Shown: positions 39,351 to 48,824 of the stretch, in pieces
How positions within the stretch are numbered: position 1 is the stretch's first letter
Layout: each line of letters starts with the position of its first letter
Assembly (NCBI GenBank): GCA_011605725.1
Contig: JAAOZP010000017.1
Coordinates: 256,001 to 320,000 of the forward strand
Length of the DNA stretch: 64,000 nucleotides
Source of the DNA: Nitrososphaerota archaeon
GTDB lineage: Archaea; Thermoproteota; EX4484-205; JAAOZP01
Direction: 5' to 3'
The notes under the pieces: generated by a model
What the model saw: the letters and a program-made list of their open reading frames with translations, nothing else
What the model was told of the DNA's origin: nothing
Database searches by the model: none
Program-made: the position numbers and the translations under genes

Positions 39351-40672
39351 TTACTTGAAGAATTGCGGGAGCCACTCCCTCTCAGCCTCAAACATCTCGT
39401 TAACCATTTTCCTAATGTCTTCAGGCGTCAGCACAGCGGCTGTTAACGGGTCGAACAGAACTGCTTGGTAAGCCAGCTCCCTGTCAGCCTCCAGAGCAGC
39501 CTTAACCGCTAATTCTTGAACATTTATGCTACTCCTGTTTAAGGCGGCGCACTGCGGCGGCAGATCACCCACATAGCAGGGATGCAGCCCACCCTCGTCG
39601 ACGAAACAGGGCACCTCCACGCAACACCCATGGGGCAGGTTCGTTATTATGCCGGTGTTTTCAACATTACCATTTATCCTGCGTGGTTCCCCTGTTTCCA
39701 TGGAGTTGATTATCATAACTCCGTACTCGTGGGAACGCTTTATTTCAACAGGCTCCTCGCCGGAGATCTGTCTCCTTATCTGCTCGTAATGGGGCTTCCA
39801 TGCTTCCTGACATACCTGGTAGTAGAACCATCTCGGCTCACAGTATTTCCTACGCCTCTCCTCGCTAACCCTGAAGTAGGGAACGTATTCTCCAAGATGG
39901 TGGCTCGACTCCGTTATGAAATACCCTAGGGCCTTCATCATCTCAAACCTAACCTTGTCCTTCTCATAGACTTCCGGTTTCTTCATAGCCTCCCAAAGCA
40001 TTGGGTAAGCATCTTTCCCCCGATGCTTGAACTCCAGGAAGAACGCTTGATGATTAATTCCAGCCACCCAGTAGTAAACCTCCTCGTAGGGAACTCCGAT
40101 GTAGCTCGAAAGCTGCATGGCAGTCCCCTGAACACTGTGGCAGAGCCCAACGTTCCTTATTCTCGTCGCCCTGTTCATAGCCCAGCAGTTTATAGCCATC
40201 GGGTTCGCGTAGTTTATCAGTAGAGCATCCGGACAGAGGTCCTCCATGTCCCTGCATATATCGATTAAAACAGGCACTGTCCTAAGGCCTCTGAAAACGC
40301 CGCCCGGTCCAATCGTATCTCCAACCTCCTGGTTCACGCCGTATTTAAGAGGGATGTAGACATCCTTTTCAAACGCTTTCAACCCGCCTATCTGCATCAT
40401 TATTATAACGTACTCTGCGCCGTCGAGAGCCTCCCTCCGGTTGAGCGTGCTGCAAACCCTAACGCTGGGAGCATATTTAGAAGCCATTGTTTTCGCGAGC
40501 CCAGTTATGGTTTCAAGCCGCTCCGCATCAATATCCATCAGGCATAGTTCTGACTCTCTGAGAGCCGGGTAGAGAGAATGTCTGAGATCAGGGTTCTCGC
40601 GAAAACAACGCTTCCAGCCCCGATGAAAGCTATCTTAGGGCCTTTCAAGCCTTCAAGAGGAACTATCCCCAT
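39351..40672 (-). pseudogene. melA: GH4 alpha-galactosidase (MelA-like) with a 1-nt frameshift near 40571
   Basis: ATG 40672 gives KIAFIGAGSVVF..LISDILS in one frame. The adjacent frame gives YPALRESELCLMDID...GDTIGPGG, NYANPM, GLCHSV, AGINH. Confidence 0.85.
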
Positions 40673-40785
40673 GTATAAAAACCTGACTAAGGCTTTCGAA
40701 AACCATTTGAAGCGGCTTGTAAGTAGGTTTCAACTAAACTAAAAGGTTATTAACCCAGGCATGGTATGGAGACAGCGGGGGGAGG

Positions 40786-41178
40786 GTGTTGTCCTCGGAG
40801 AAAGAGGAGAAAAAAGTCAGGGACGTCATGTCTTCTCCTGTCGTCAGCGTTCTCCCAACGGATTCGGTTTTCGAAGCGGCAAGCAGGATGATGAGCCACG
40901 GAGTTGGAGCCGTCGTGGTCGAGTCCGGAGGAAAACCTGAGGGAATAGTGACTGAAAGGGACTTGATCAAAAGGGTTCTGATGGAGGGTAAAGACCCTAA
41001 GAGGGTTGCTTGCAGAGAAATAATGAGCAGGCCTCTCGTCACAATCGACCCGGAGGCGTCTATCCTTAAAGCGGTGACTTTAATGAAGGAAAAAGAGATA
41101 AGGAGGATCGTCGTCGTAAAAGGGGGCAGAATGGTTGGGATAGTGACGGAGAAAGAGCTTATAAAGAACCTCCTTTAG
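40786..41178 (+). CDS. Stand-alone CBS-pair protein
   Basis: VRDVMSSPV, GIVTERDL, IMSRPL, GIVTEKEL. Confidence 0.92.
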   Translation: MLSSEKEEKKVRDVMSSPVVSVLPTDSVFEAASRMMSHGVGAVVVESGGKPEGIVTERDLIKRVLMEGKDPKRVACREIMSRPLVTIDPEASILKAVTLMKEKEIRRIVVVKGGRMVGIVTEKELIKNLL

Positions 41179-41210
41179 AGAAATACTTGAGATTTTTCTC
41201 CATAACCCTG

Positions 41211-43850
41211 CTAGAGGCTAGGCTGTTTCTCAACCGCCGCTTTCCAAGCGCCACTAGTAGTTGCGAGAACCGTGTTGAAACAGGGCTTCAGCATCCTGGT
41301 TAACTGCATTACTGCCCCGGAGGAAGTGTAAGTCAGCTGTGGAGTCCTTCTTCTCGCAAGAATCCTTTTAAGCATGAATACGACTACTGTTAAGGCTACT
41401 AGGGATACGGCCAACAGGTAGAGCCATATTGGTATGCCCACGGTGTAAGTTGAAACACCGGTCTGAAACCTGTTGCCAGCGTTGTCAACAGCCTCAACAT
41501 AGTATTGAACCTCTGTGAAGAAGAATTGAGAAGGTATTGAACCCTTGTAAAGGCCTTCTTGAAGACTCATCACTGTCCTCACCCAAGAGGAGCCCTTGTC
41601 TGTGGAGTAGCATAAGTAGACGTCTCTAACACCTGAAGACTCGTCGAAAACTGTGCACACTACTGTCGCAGCCTCTCCGAAAACAGGGTTTGAAGGCCCT
41701 GATAGACCTGTGATTAATGGTGGCTTAGTGTCAAGTATGAGTGTGAACAAATAGCTACACGTGTCTGAATTGTTCAAATTGTCAGTCAGCCTGATGCTCC
41801 AGCTGTGGCTTCCCTCGCTTAAGCTTACAGTCTTAACATACCTGTCCCCGTCTTTAACCATGAACCCGAGGGGAACACCATCTACCGTCAGTTCAATCTC
41901 CCTGACTCCTGAAGAATCAGTAGTCTTGACAATTATAAAGATTGTTTTAGAGTTTGAAAAGAATCTTCCAGATGGAGAAGCATCCTCAACCCTAGGGGGA
42001 GACTTATCTAGGAAGAACTCCAGTTTCCCCTCAGCCTCAGCATTATCAGCCCTGTCCACGCTATAGTACCTTATCTCATGTCTACCCTCAGAATAGGATG
42101 ATAACCCTAATGCAGCGTTGTAAGCCTCCCAAGGACTATCGTCGACCCTGTAAAATATTTTTTTAACACCGCTCAAATCGTCCTCAGCCGAGAAAACAAG
42201 AAGCGTTGAACCAGAGACATAGAGAGTCCCGTTTGCCTCGTGCTTCGGCTCCGTAATAAGTATCTGTGTGAAAGGCGGAACCTTGTCGACGAGAACAGTA
42301 ACGTTAGCTGTAAAAGTGAAGCCCAGGGCTGAGGCTGTTAAAGTATGGTTTCCAACCTCAGTGTCAAAATAGTCTATCTGAACAGTGCTTAAGCCAGCTG
42401 GAATCGTCACGCTGGTTATTCTGGCCATTGTTCCGGAAAGCCTGAACTCTCCTGATGGTGAGGATGTTGAAAGACTCACGGTTACGTTTAACGTGTTAGT
42501 GGCTTCAAAATCATTAACATCCCTCAGAGATAAGTTTAGACGTGAGAAAACCACGCCTCCAGCCATTTTGAAGCTGCGCGGCTCGATTACAAGCTTTGCA
42601 GGAGGCCCTGCTGTAACGTTGAACGCGTTGCTTTCACCGGTTTTCCCAAGACCTATAGTTGTAATTCTCACGCTTCTGCCAACCTTATTGATAGTTACGC
42701 AGCCAGACCATTTCCCATTGCTGAAGACCCCGGTTTTATTAGGGCTGATCGTGCCAGTCGTGTCTGAAAGAATATTCACCCCATCATAATCAGTCTTAAC
42801 ATTCCCATAGATGTCTCGAGCAATTATGGTTATCTGGAAAGGCGTTGCAACCTGCTTCGGAGAATCTACAGTTTCAATCTGGAAACATTCTAATGGACCT
42901 GGTGTAACCCTCAGGTTTTCAGCGTCGCCAACATAATCAGGGTAGTCCACCGCCTTGACACTTATACTCCATTCTCCAGCCTTCTCCTCATAATAGTAGA
43001 AGTCTGCAAACGTGGCGCCATCCCGTATTGTTAACTCCGTTATTGAATCACCGCCCTGCGTCAATGAGAATCTTCTACTTGACGAGTTTGAGTTTGAATC
43101 CAGCCTAACTCTTAAGGATGAGCGCGTAATCCTTTCACCTGTCTCAGTCTCCCTGTAGACCCTCATCTTGATCCAGCCTCCGGCCTGCATGGAATCCCCT
43201 GAGACTACGAGGTTGAGACGAGGCGGGGAATATTGGACTTCCAGATAAGGATGCTTGCTCGAATCATTATGTTCCCTGGAGTAAAACCAGAAAGGACAGC
43301 TAGATGGGCCCATGCCCTCAGCATAATCGCTCAGCATCCAGCCGAAGTTAGGCTCGTAGACAGCACGGTTTCCAGAGACGAATTTAGCCAGGGAGCTTTT
43401 AACATCAAGCTGAAGCCATTTAGGTTTTTCACCTGTTGAAACTGCTGCTACGAATAAGCCTGCATCCGGCTGATTCCTCCAAGTAATGCTGTTCTCATCC
43501 CAGTCTCCCCCAGTAACCTGGTAGCATGCTAAACTCCTGTTTAAATCCGGAGGATCATACATATATATGTTTAAGATGGCTGAAGTAATGATGGATCCTG
43601 GAGGTATTGCGCTTAAATCGAACATTATGAAGGAACGGTCTCGAAAGCCTTCTCTATAGTTAACCCCTATCTCCCAGTTAGAGCCGAAGTTACGGTCAGG
43701 ATCATCCTCGTAAACCACAGCATCCTTCAAAGGGTAGAATACTCTGGTTGACGGGGCTCCCTGTGTTGCTGACGTGTGGAAGGTGGACCCGTAGATAGAC
43801 GTGTAAACCAGCAGTATGGCAACAACAGCGGGTAGCATTATCCTGTTCAA
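41211..43850 (-). CDS. Large cell-surface protein: signal peptide, DNRLRE-like N-terminal domain, Ig-like repeats, C-terminal TM anchor
   Basis: KDAVVYEDDPDRNFG..RSFIMFDLSAIP.G..ITSA.L, W.ENSITW.NQP, FYSRE..PYLEV; several D..PP...D.aGN Ig-like units; TM segment then basic tail. Confidence 0.75.
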   Translation of the reverse strand: MNRIMLPAVVAILLVYTSIYGSTFHTSATQGAPSTRVFYPLKDAVVYEDDPDRNFGSNWEIGVNYREGFRDRSFIMFDLSAIPPGSIITSAILNIYMYDPPDLNRSLACYQVTGGDWDENSITWRNQPDAGLFVAAVSTGEKPKWLQLDVKSSLAKFVSGNRAVYEPNFGWMLSDYAEGMGPSSCPFWFYSREHNDSSKHPYLEVQYSPPRLNLVVSGDSMQAGGWIKMRVYRETETGERITRSSLRVRLDSNSNSSSRRFSLTQGGDSITELTIRDGATFADFYYYEEKAGEWSISVKAVDYPDYVGDAENLRVTPGPLECFQIETVDSPKQVATPFQITIIARDIYGNVKTDYDGVNILSDTTGTISPNKTGVFSNGKWSGCVTINKVGRSVRITTIGLGKTGESNAFNVTAGPPAKLVIEPRSFKMAGGVVFSRLNLSLRDVNDFEATNTLNVTVSLSTSSPSGEFRLSGTMARITSVTIPAGLSTVQIDYFDTEVGNHTLTASALGFTFTANVTVLVDKVPPFTQILITEPKHEANGTLYVSGSTLLVFSAEDDLSGVKKIFYRVDDSPWEAYNAALGLSSYSEGRHEIRYYSVDRADNAEAEGKLEFFLDKSPPRVEDASPSGRFFSNSKTIFIIVKTTDSSGVREIELTVDGVPLGFMVKDGDRYVKTVSLSEGSHSWSIRLTDNLNNSDTCSYLFTLILDTKPPLITGLSGPSNPVFGEAATVVCTVFDESSGVRDVYLCYSTDKGSSWVRTVMSLQEGLYKGSIPSQFFFTEVQYYVEAVDNAGNRFQTGVSTYTVGIPIWLYLLAVSLVALTVVVFMLKRILARRRTPQLTYTSSGAVMQLTRMLKPCFNTVLATTSGAWKAAVEKQPSL

Positions 43851-43933
43851 CTCTCTCAGAATAGTTACAAGGCCTAAGAATATAACTTTTAGCCCTGCAA
43901 CTCGTTACACTGTGAACAGGCGTATTTAAAAAC

Positions 43934-44878
43934 TCATGCGAGCTTCTCGTTAAGCATTTCTACAAAATCCAGGAGTTTTCCGCGTGGAATCATTGCCCCA
44001 GCCGCGTTAGCATGCCCTCCACCTAAGCCTCCGAGCGCCTCGGCAACGCTCGACGTGATCCTGTGAAGATTCCTTAATCCAATAGATCTAATGCTTAGAT
44101 CGATTTTTTCACCATGCTCATCAGCCGCAACCCCGATTATTGTTTCACCGTAAGCCCTAGCGTAGGTTGCAGCCTTTCCAAGCGACCATTCCACGTTCAC
44201 AACGTACGATACATTACCATGAGTCTTCACCAGGCTTTTCACAACTCGGCGCATCTCCTCGTCTCTCTCTGCCTCCCGTAAAGCCATTTCAACCAGGTTT
44301 CTATCAGCACTCGGAAGCTTGTTTTCAGAAAGATAGTTGACGAGGCTTCTCTTAAAATCGAAATCCATCCTCCTGACTCCCTCCAGCGCAGCCACCAAGA
44401 TGCCGGCTTCCAGGTAGAGCTCCCTCTTATCCCATTTTTCAAGCAGTCTCCTTACCCCGGGCGTGTTATCACTATAGTCGCCTATCGCACCGTAGATTGC
44501 AACCCTGCTCATCTCAGGCTCCAGATCATTCTTAAAACAGGTGTAGGCGAGCTCGGAGGCACATGCGCCCCTAACCCCTTTAAGCGTCCTCACAGGCAGC
44601 TTATTCACGTTCAATCCTTGAGGAAGCGGATGGTGATCCAGGTAGATAACCTCGTTTTTTAAACTAAGCCTCTTAAACTCTGAAATTATCTCATTCTTGT
44701 GCTTCGAGGTTAATGCTACATCAAGTATAATGATGCTTCCGGCTTCAATAGACTTAAGCTCTGACAGAAGACCCGCAGGGTTTGTGAATACTACTTTGGC
44801 ATCCCTCCTTGCAGCTAGGACTATTGAGGCTGCGCAGACTCCGTCGCAATCCCCGTGTGCAAGAATAATCTGCCCCAT
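43934..44878 (-). CDS. DHH/DHHA1 phosphoesterase (RecJ-like)
   Basis: HGDCDG, IIILD, YLDHH, GAIGD, SIRS, GGGHANAAG. Confidence 0.88.
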   Translation of the reverse strand: MGQIILAHGDCDGVCAASIVLAARRDAKVVFTNPAGLLSELKSIEAGSIIILDVALTSKHKNEIISEFKRLSLKNEVIYLDHHPLPQGLNVNKLPVRTLKGVRGACASELAYTCFKNDLEPEMSRVAIYGAIGDYSDNTPGVRRLLEKWDKRELYLEAGILVAALEGVRRMDFDFKRSLVNYLSENKLPSADRNLVEMALREAERDEEMRRVVKSLVKTHGNVSYVVNVEWSLGKAATYARAYGETIIGVAADEHGEKIDLSIRSIGLRNLHRITSSVAEALGGLGGGHANAAGAMIPRGKLLDFVEMLNEKLA

Positions 44879-44946
44879 TCTCCACCTAACTTTGAAACCC
44901 CGCAGTATAAAAAGATGCCTCATCCAAGCAGTGTTTAGCTCACGCT

Positions 44947-46167
44947 TTAAAGCTCTTTCTGCGGATTCATGTTTGCGAAGAATTCTTTAATCTCGTTTAA
45001 ATCACCAGCATAGGAGTTTACGATCCTCGCTTCAACCTCCCTAACGAATTCCCTTGTGAACTCAACGGGCAGCGTAATGTTCTCGTCGATAAGGTCTATT
45101 GCGAGCGGCAGTCCCGTCGCCATGTTGAAGTTTTCAATGCTTGAGAAAAGCATATTCATCACGTAATTCTCTGAGCCGAGCGGAACCTCAAGCTCGAAAG
45201 GCGGATTCTCCTCGCTCACTTTGACTTGAAGCCTGTTAAGCCTGGATTGAAGCTTCTCAGCATAATCCTCGGGCACGCCCAGAACCTTCGCCAGCCTCTC
45301 CACAGCCCATTCGACAGCCTCCTCGAAAGCATCCTTAGGGTCACGGTATTTTTCTCGAATCAAAAGCTCGCTAACCCTGCTGTAAACCCTTTGAAGCTCA
45401 GCTTTTCCAAGAAGCTCCTTATAATCCAGGATTGCAGGCGGATTCATCAAATTATGCAGTATCTGCTTATCCAGATGGTTTACTAAAGGGCTTTTCACAC
45501 CGTCTTTAACAGACAGCCAGCCTCCTATAGCTCTGCTCCTACCTCTTTTAATGATTCCGGCGCATCTTCCAGAATCCATTAGCACACTAGTTATTTTCAA
45601 TATTTCTCCAGTGGTTTTAAAGATTTCCTCCCTGATTTCCCTGGGGACAGGAAGGCTCTTCGCAATCCTCGCGATCCTGAAGAGAGGATACGCGAAGCTG
45701 AGGAAGCTTCCGTCTAAAAGAAGCAGATCCGGGTTTCTCTCAAGAGCCTTCAGAGCCGCCACTCTTTCAAGAAGGGTTTCCTTAACGCTTAGAATTATGC
45801 TGAAAAGCTCTCTACTGTAGGCTTGGCTTTCACCTATGTTTCCAGGAAGATAACCCTCGTCAACAATGTTCTTACCCTTAACCATGATGAACCCTGCAGC
45901 GTACACGGAGAATTTTGCGCCAATAGTCTCAGCAGGCCTCGGGGAGAAGGAGCCGTCGACCGCAGCAATAGATGTTTCCCCTGACTGTCCGAAGCTTAAT
46001 GTTCGCACGTATGGAGCTATCCTGTGTTTCACAGACTCCATTATGAGCCTGAAACCGTCTATTACCCCTATCAGCCTCCTGGCCTCGTCTTCAGCCTTCT
46101 CGTAGAACTGCTCTTGAAGGTCTATCGGGAGCCTGCTCCATGCGGTTTCAGAAGCCATGGACATCAT
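44947..46167 (-). CDS. nurA: NurA-family nuclease
   Basis: IAAVDGS, LLE..AA, LLLLDGS, GIIKR, GLPLAI..IDE; start overlaps the herA stop. Confidence 0.85.
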   Translation of the reverse strand: MMSMASETAWSRLPIDLQEQFYEKAEDEARRLIGVIDGFRLIMESVKHRIAPYVRTLSFGQSGETSIAAVDGSFSPRPAETIGAKFSVYAAGFIMVKGKNIVDEGYLPGNIGESQAYSRELFSIILSVKETLLERVAALKALERNPDLLLLDGSFLSFAYPLFRIARIAKSLPVPREIREEIFKTTGEILKITSVLMDSGRCAGIIKRGRSRAIGGWLSVKDGVKSPLVNHLDKQILHNLMNPPAILDYKELLGKAELQRVYSRVSELLIREKYRDPKDAFEEAVEWAVERLAKVLGVPEDYAEKLQSRLNRLQVKVSEENPPFELEVPLGSENYVMNMLFSSIENFNMATGLPLAIDLIDENITLPVEFTREFVREVEARIVNSYAGDLNEIKEFFANMNPQKEL

Positions 46168-47633
46168 TTCCCCGGCTTGAAAGATATTAAGAGAGGTATC
46201 GGCGACGGGTTCGCCTTCCCAACGAAGTAGAATTGGCCTGGCTTCAGCGAGAGAAGATACTCCCTCTGAATCCCGTAGGGCTTAAGCCAGTTATCAGCCT
46301 CCTGCATGTCGAGCGGGTGAAGAGCTCCGAAGAACTGCGTGTTAAGGTTTCTTCTTACAGCAGCGTTTATACCTATGTCTCCAGCTATCCCTTGAGATAT
46401 TAAAACGATGCAAAGCCTATGTTTCCTCCCCAGAGCACAGAGGTTCTTAATGTGTTCCGTAGTCTCGTATTGGATTCCCCGGGGCTCCCATGGAGCGTAT
46501 TGCGGCCCCTCGTCTATAACGAGCGCTACTCCAAGCGACTCCCCTAGCTCCATACCCTCCTCCAGAAACCTTGCGAGAGAGTTGAAGAAGGAGAGCTTCT
46601 CGTCACTCCCCACCAGGCTCATGTCCACGATTCTAAGACCCTTCTCGTCTCTCCTCAAATCCTCCACGAGGCCCTCGATGCTTAACGAGCCTCTGACAGC
46701 CTCCAGGTCGATCGGCCTAAGCTTCTTGAAACCATACTCCAACCGGCGTAGAGCAGTCCTTTTAAAATCCTCTCTAGTCGAGGACTGTCTAATACTGTTT
46801 TCCAAATGATTCTTCATGTCTAGAAACATTTCTTCAGACGATTTCTGACTCACCTCCTCCCATCTTCTCGAAACATAGTCTTCAAGAGCCTCCCTTACAG
46901 GGTTAGAATCCCTAGCTTGCCCAGTATAGCCGAAGTGCTCGGCCTTCTCCAGTATGTATCTAACTATCGCCTCTTCATCAAGCTTAAGGTAGGAAATTGG
47001 AACCGCCTTATCCTTATAGTGTGGAGCATAGTCTTCACCACTCCAGTCTAGAATCAGAACTTTGAAACCGGATTCAAGAAGAACAGGGACTAGGACGAAC
47101 CTTGTCAACCAGGACTTACCGCTTCCCGTTGCGCCAAACACGCCGACATGGTATGGCAGGAAGGAGCTGTCGAAAGGTATTTTCCAATCCTCATGCCCCT
47201 CTAGACAAGCGTTCCAGACAACCGGCTTGTTCCTCGCAACGTACTCGAGAGGATTGGAAACACCCGGCTTAAACATGTAGACGCTGCTTCTAGGAGGTAT
47301 TATCATCCGGTTCTGCTCAATCCCGTTATCGGTTAAAACCCCTATCACCATTATTTCGAAAGTATATATCTCTCTGGCTCCTGAAGGCACTCCCCCCCTC
47401 TTAGCATATGCGACACTCGGCCTGTAAGCGTTAGCCCTAAGAGCCTCGTTTACCCCGCTTCCGCTTCTAAGAACCCCAAGCACTTCGCCAATAGGCGTCT
47501 CAATCACAACAATCTCCTCAGCCCTAACCTTAAGCTCCTTCTCCTCCTCCAATAGAAGCCTAGCCCTAGTTTCGCTGGAGTCGCTAGCAACAATACCGAT
47601 CTTCTCCAGGTTCCTATCGTCGAGCAGACGCAT
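46164..47633 (-). CDS. herA: HerA-family ATPase/helicase (HAS barrel plus DUF87)
   Basis: HVGVFGATGSGKS, ILDWSGEDY, LVIDEG, GRKHRL..LISQ. Confidence 0.88.
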   Translation of the reverse strand: MRLLDDRNLEKIGIVASDSSETRARLLLEEEKELKVRAEEIVVIETPIGEVLGVLRSGSGVNEALRANAYRPSVAYAKRGGVPSGAREIYTFEIMVIGVLTDNGIEQNRMIIPPRSSVYMFKPGVSNPLEYVARNKPVVWNACLEGHEDWKIPFDSSFLPYHVGVFGATGSGKSWLTRFVLVPVLLESGFKVLILDWSGEDYAPHYKDKAVPISYLKLDEEAIVRYILEKAEHFGYTGQARDSNPVREALEDYVSRRWEEVSQKSSEEMFLDMKNHLENSIRQSSTREDFKRTALRRLEYGFKKLRPIDLEAVRGSLSIEGLVEDLRRDEKGLRIVDMSLVGSDEKLSFFNSLARFLEEGMELGESLGVALVIDEGPQYAPWEPRGIQYETTEHIKNLCALGRKHRLCIVLISQGIAGDIGINAAVRRNLNTQFFGALHPLDMQEADNWLKPYGIQREYLLSLKPGQFYFVGKANPSPIPLLISFKPGK

Positions 47634-47929
47634 GGTTTACCATGTATAAGCATGTTTAAAAAGTTGACCAGCATTACTGTCCTCGTAAAGCTCCCCCAGA
47701 CGCTTAGAAGCCCTCCTGCAAACAGCGTTTTAAAACCGGTGTTTCAACGCTCGGTCGTGGCAAGGCTAACTGAAAAAAAGGGATCTGGCAACCTGATGAT
47801 AATTTTGAAAACAAGCCTCTAAGCATCCATGTGTTGTGACGATTGTTCCTTCATATTGCTTCCTAATGCGGTTTAAAGCCGGCTTCAAGCCACCGGTAGA
47901 GACATGCTAATCTCCCCATATACCGGTAG

Positions 47930-48472
47930 CTATGGAATTACTGCATGCCGAATGAGCTTTGAAAAGATCGCGTATAGACAGATGCCAACCAGGGTTCCGC
48001 TGAGGATCCACAGCGGCTGTCCTTCTAAAACCCCTCTGAAGAATGCGAAGAGCGCTACACATATTCCAATGATTAGAGGTATGAGTTTTAAACCGGATGC
48101 TGGCCTTCTTGTAGCCGGTGCCGTAACCCTCTGCCTCTCAACACGTAGGGTTGCCTCAGAACCCTTAGCCTCCCTGATTCCTGAACGCGTTTGCAAGACC
48201 TCTGAAACTATAATCCTAGCGGCTTCACTAACAGCGTAGACTTCAGCGTTCTCAACCCTTCTCTTCAAGACAAGCCCGTTCCTCTCAAGAACACCCAGGT
48301 GATGGCTTAAGAGCTGTTTAGAATAGCCTAGGGATTTAGATAGTGATGTAGCAGTATCCTCTTTCTCTAGCAGTTTCACCAGTATTCTCATCCTGTGAGG
48401 CTCAGCTGCAGCCTTTATCATGCTAAGCTTCTCCGGCTCCAGCTCCGTCTTTCTGCCTTCGCTCGGCAACAC
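47930..48472 (-). CDS. ArsR-type winged-HTH regulator with two C-terminal TM helices
   Basis: AEPHRMRIL.KL...TATSLSKSLGYSKQLLSHHL.VLE..GLV, then two hydrophobic helices. Confidence 0.8.
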   Translation of the reverse strand: MLPSEGRKTELEPEKLSMIKAAAEPHRMRILVKLLEKEDTATSLSKSLGYSKQLLSHHLGVLERNGLVLKRRVENAEVYAVSEAARIIVSEVLQTRSGIREAKGSEATLRVERQRVTAPATRRPASGLKLIPLIIGICVALFAFFRGVLEGQPLWILSGTLVGICLYAIFSKLIRHAVIP

Positions 48473-48733
48473 CTCTGAAAAGCGCCTAACGCCTTTTAAG
48501 GATTTATGAGAAAGATTTCTGAAACCCGGAGAGTGGTCATGTAAAGTTGTCGAACAAAGTAGGCAGATGTTTGCTAAGGTAAACGGTTTCTACTTGCTGG
48601 TAAACAGAGAATCCAGATGAGACCGTCATCACCCCCAACACCTGCAGTAGCCTTTATCCGCCTGGTTTTCAAGAGGATTAGGGCTTAAATTCTAAGCCCC
48701 GGTCTGGCTGAGAACAGCATATATAAATCTTCC

Positions 48734-48790
48734 GTCAGTAAATTTTTACCTACAGTCAGCGAAAATTTTCGCTTACCTCATACTATAAAT
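48734..48790 (+). promoter_or_regulatory. Perfect 16-bp palindrome AGCGAAAATTTTCGCT (48758-48773) plus a degenerate upstream copy, just 5' of a TATA box
   Basis: gtcag-taaatttttacc-tac / gtcag-cgaaaattttcgct-tac, then CTATAAAT at 48783-48790. Confidence 0.55.
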
Positions 48791-48824
48791 ACACGTTTAA
48801 CAATGCTTCTATACGTGGTGGGGA

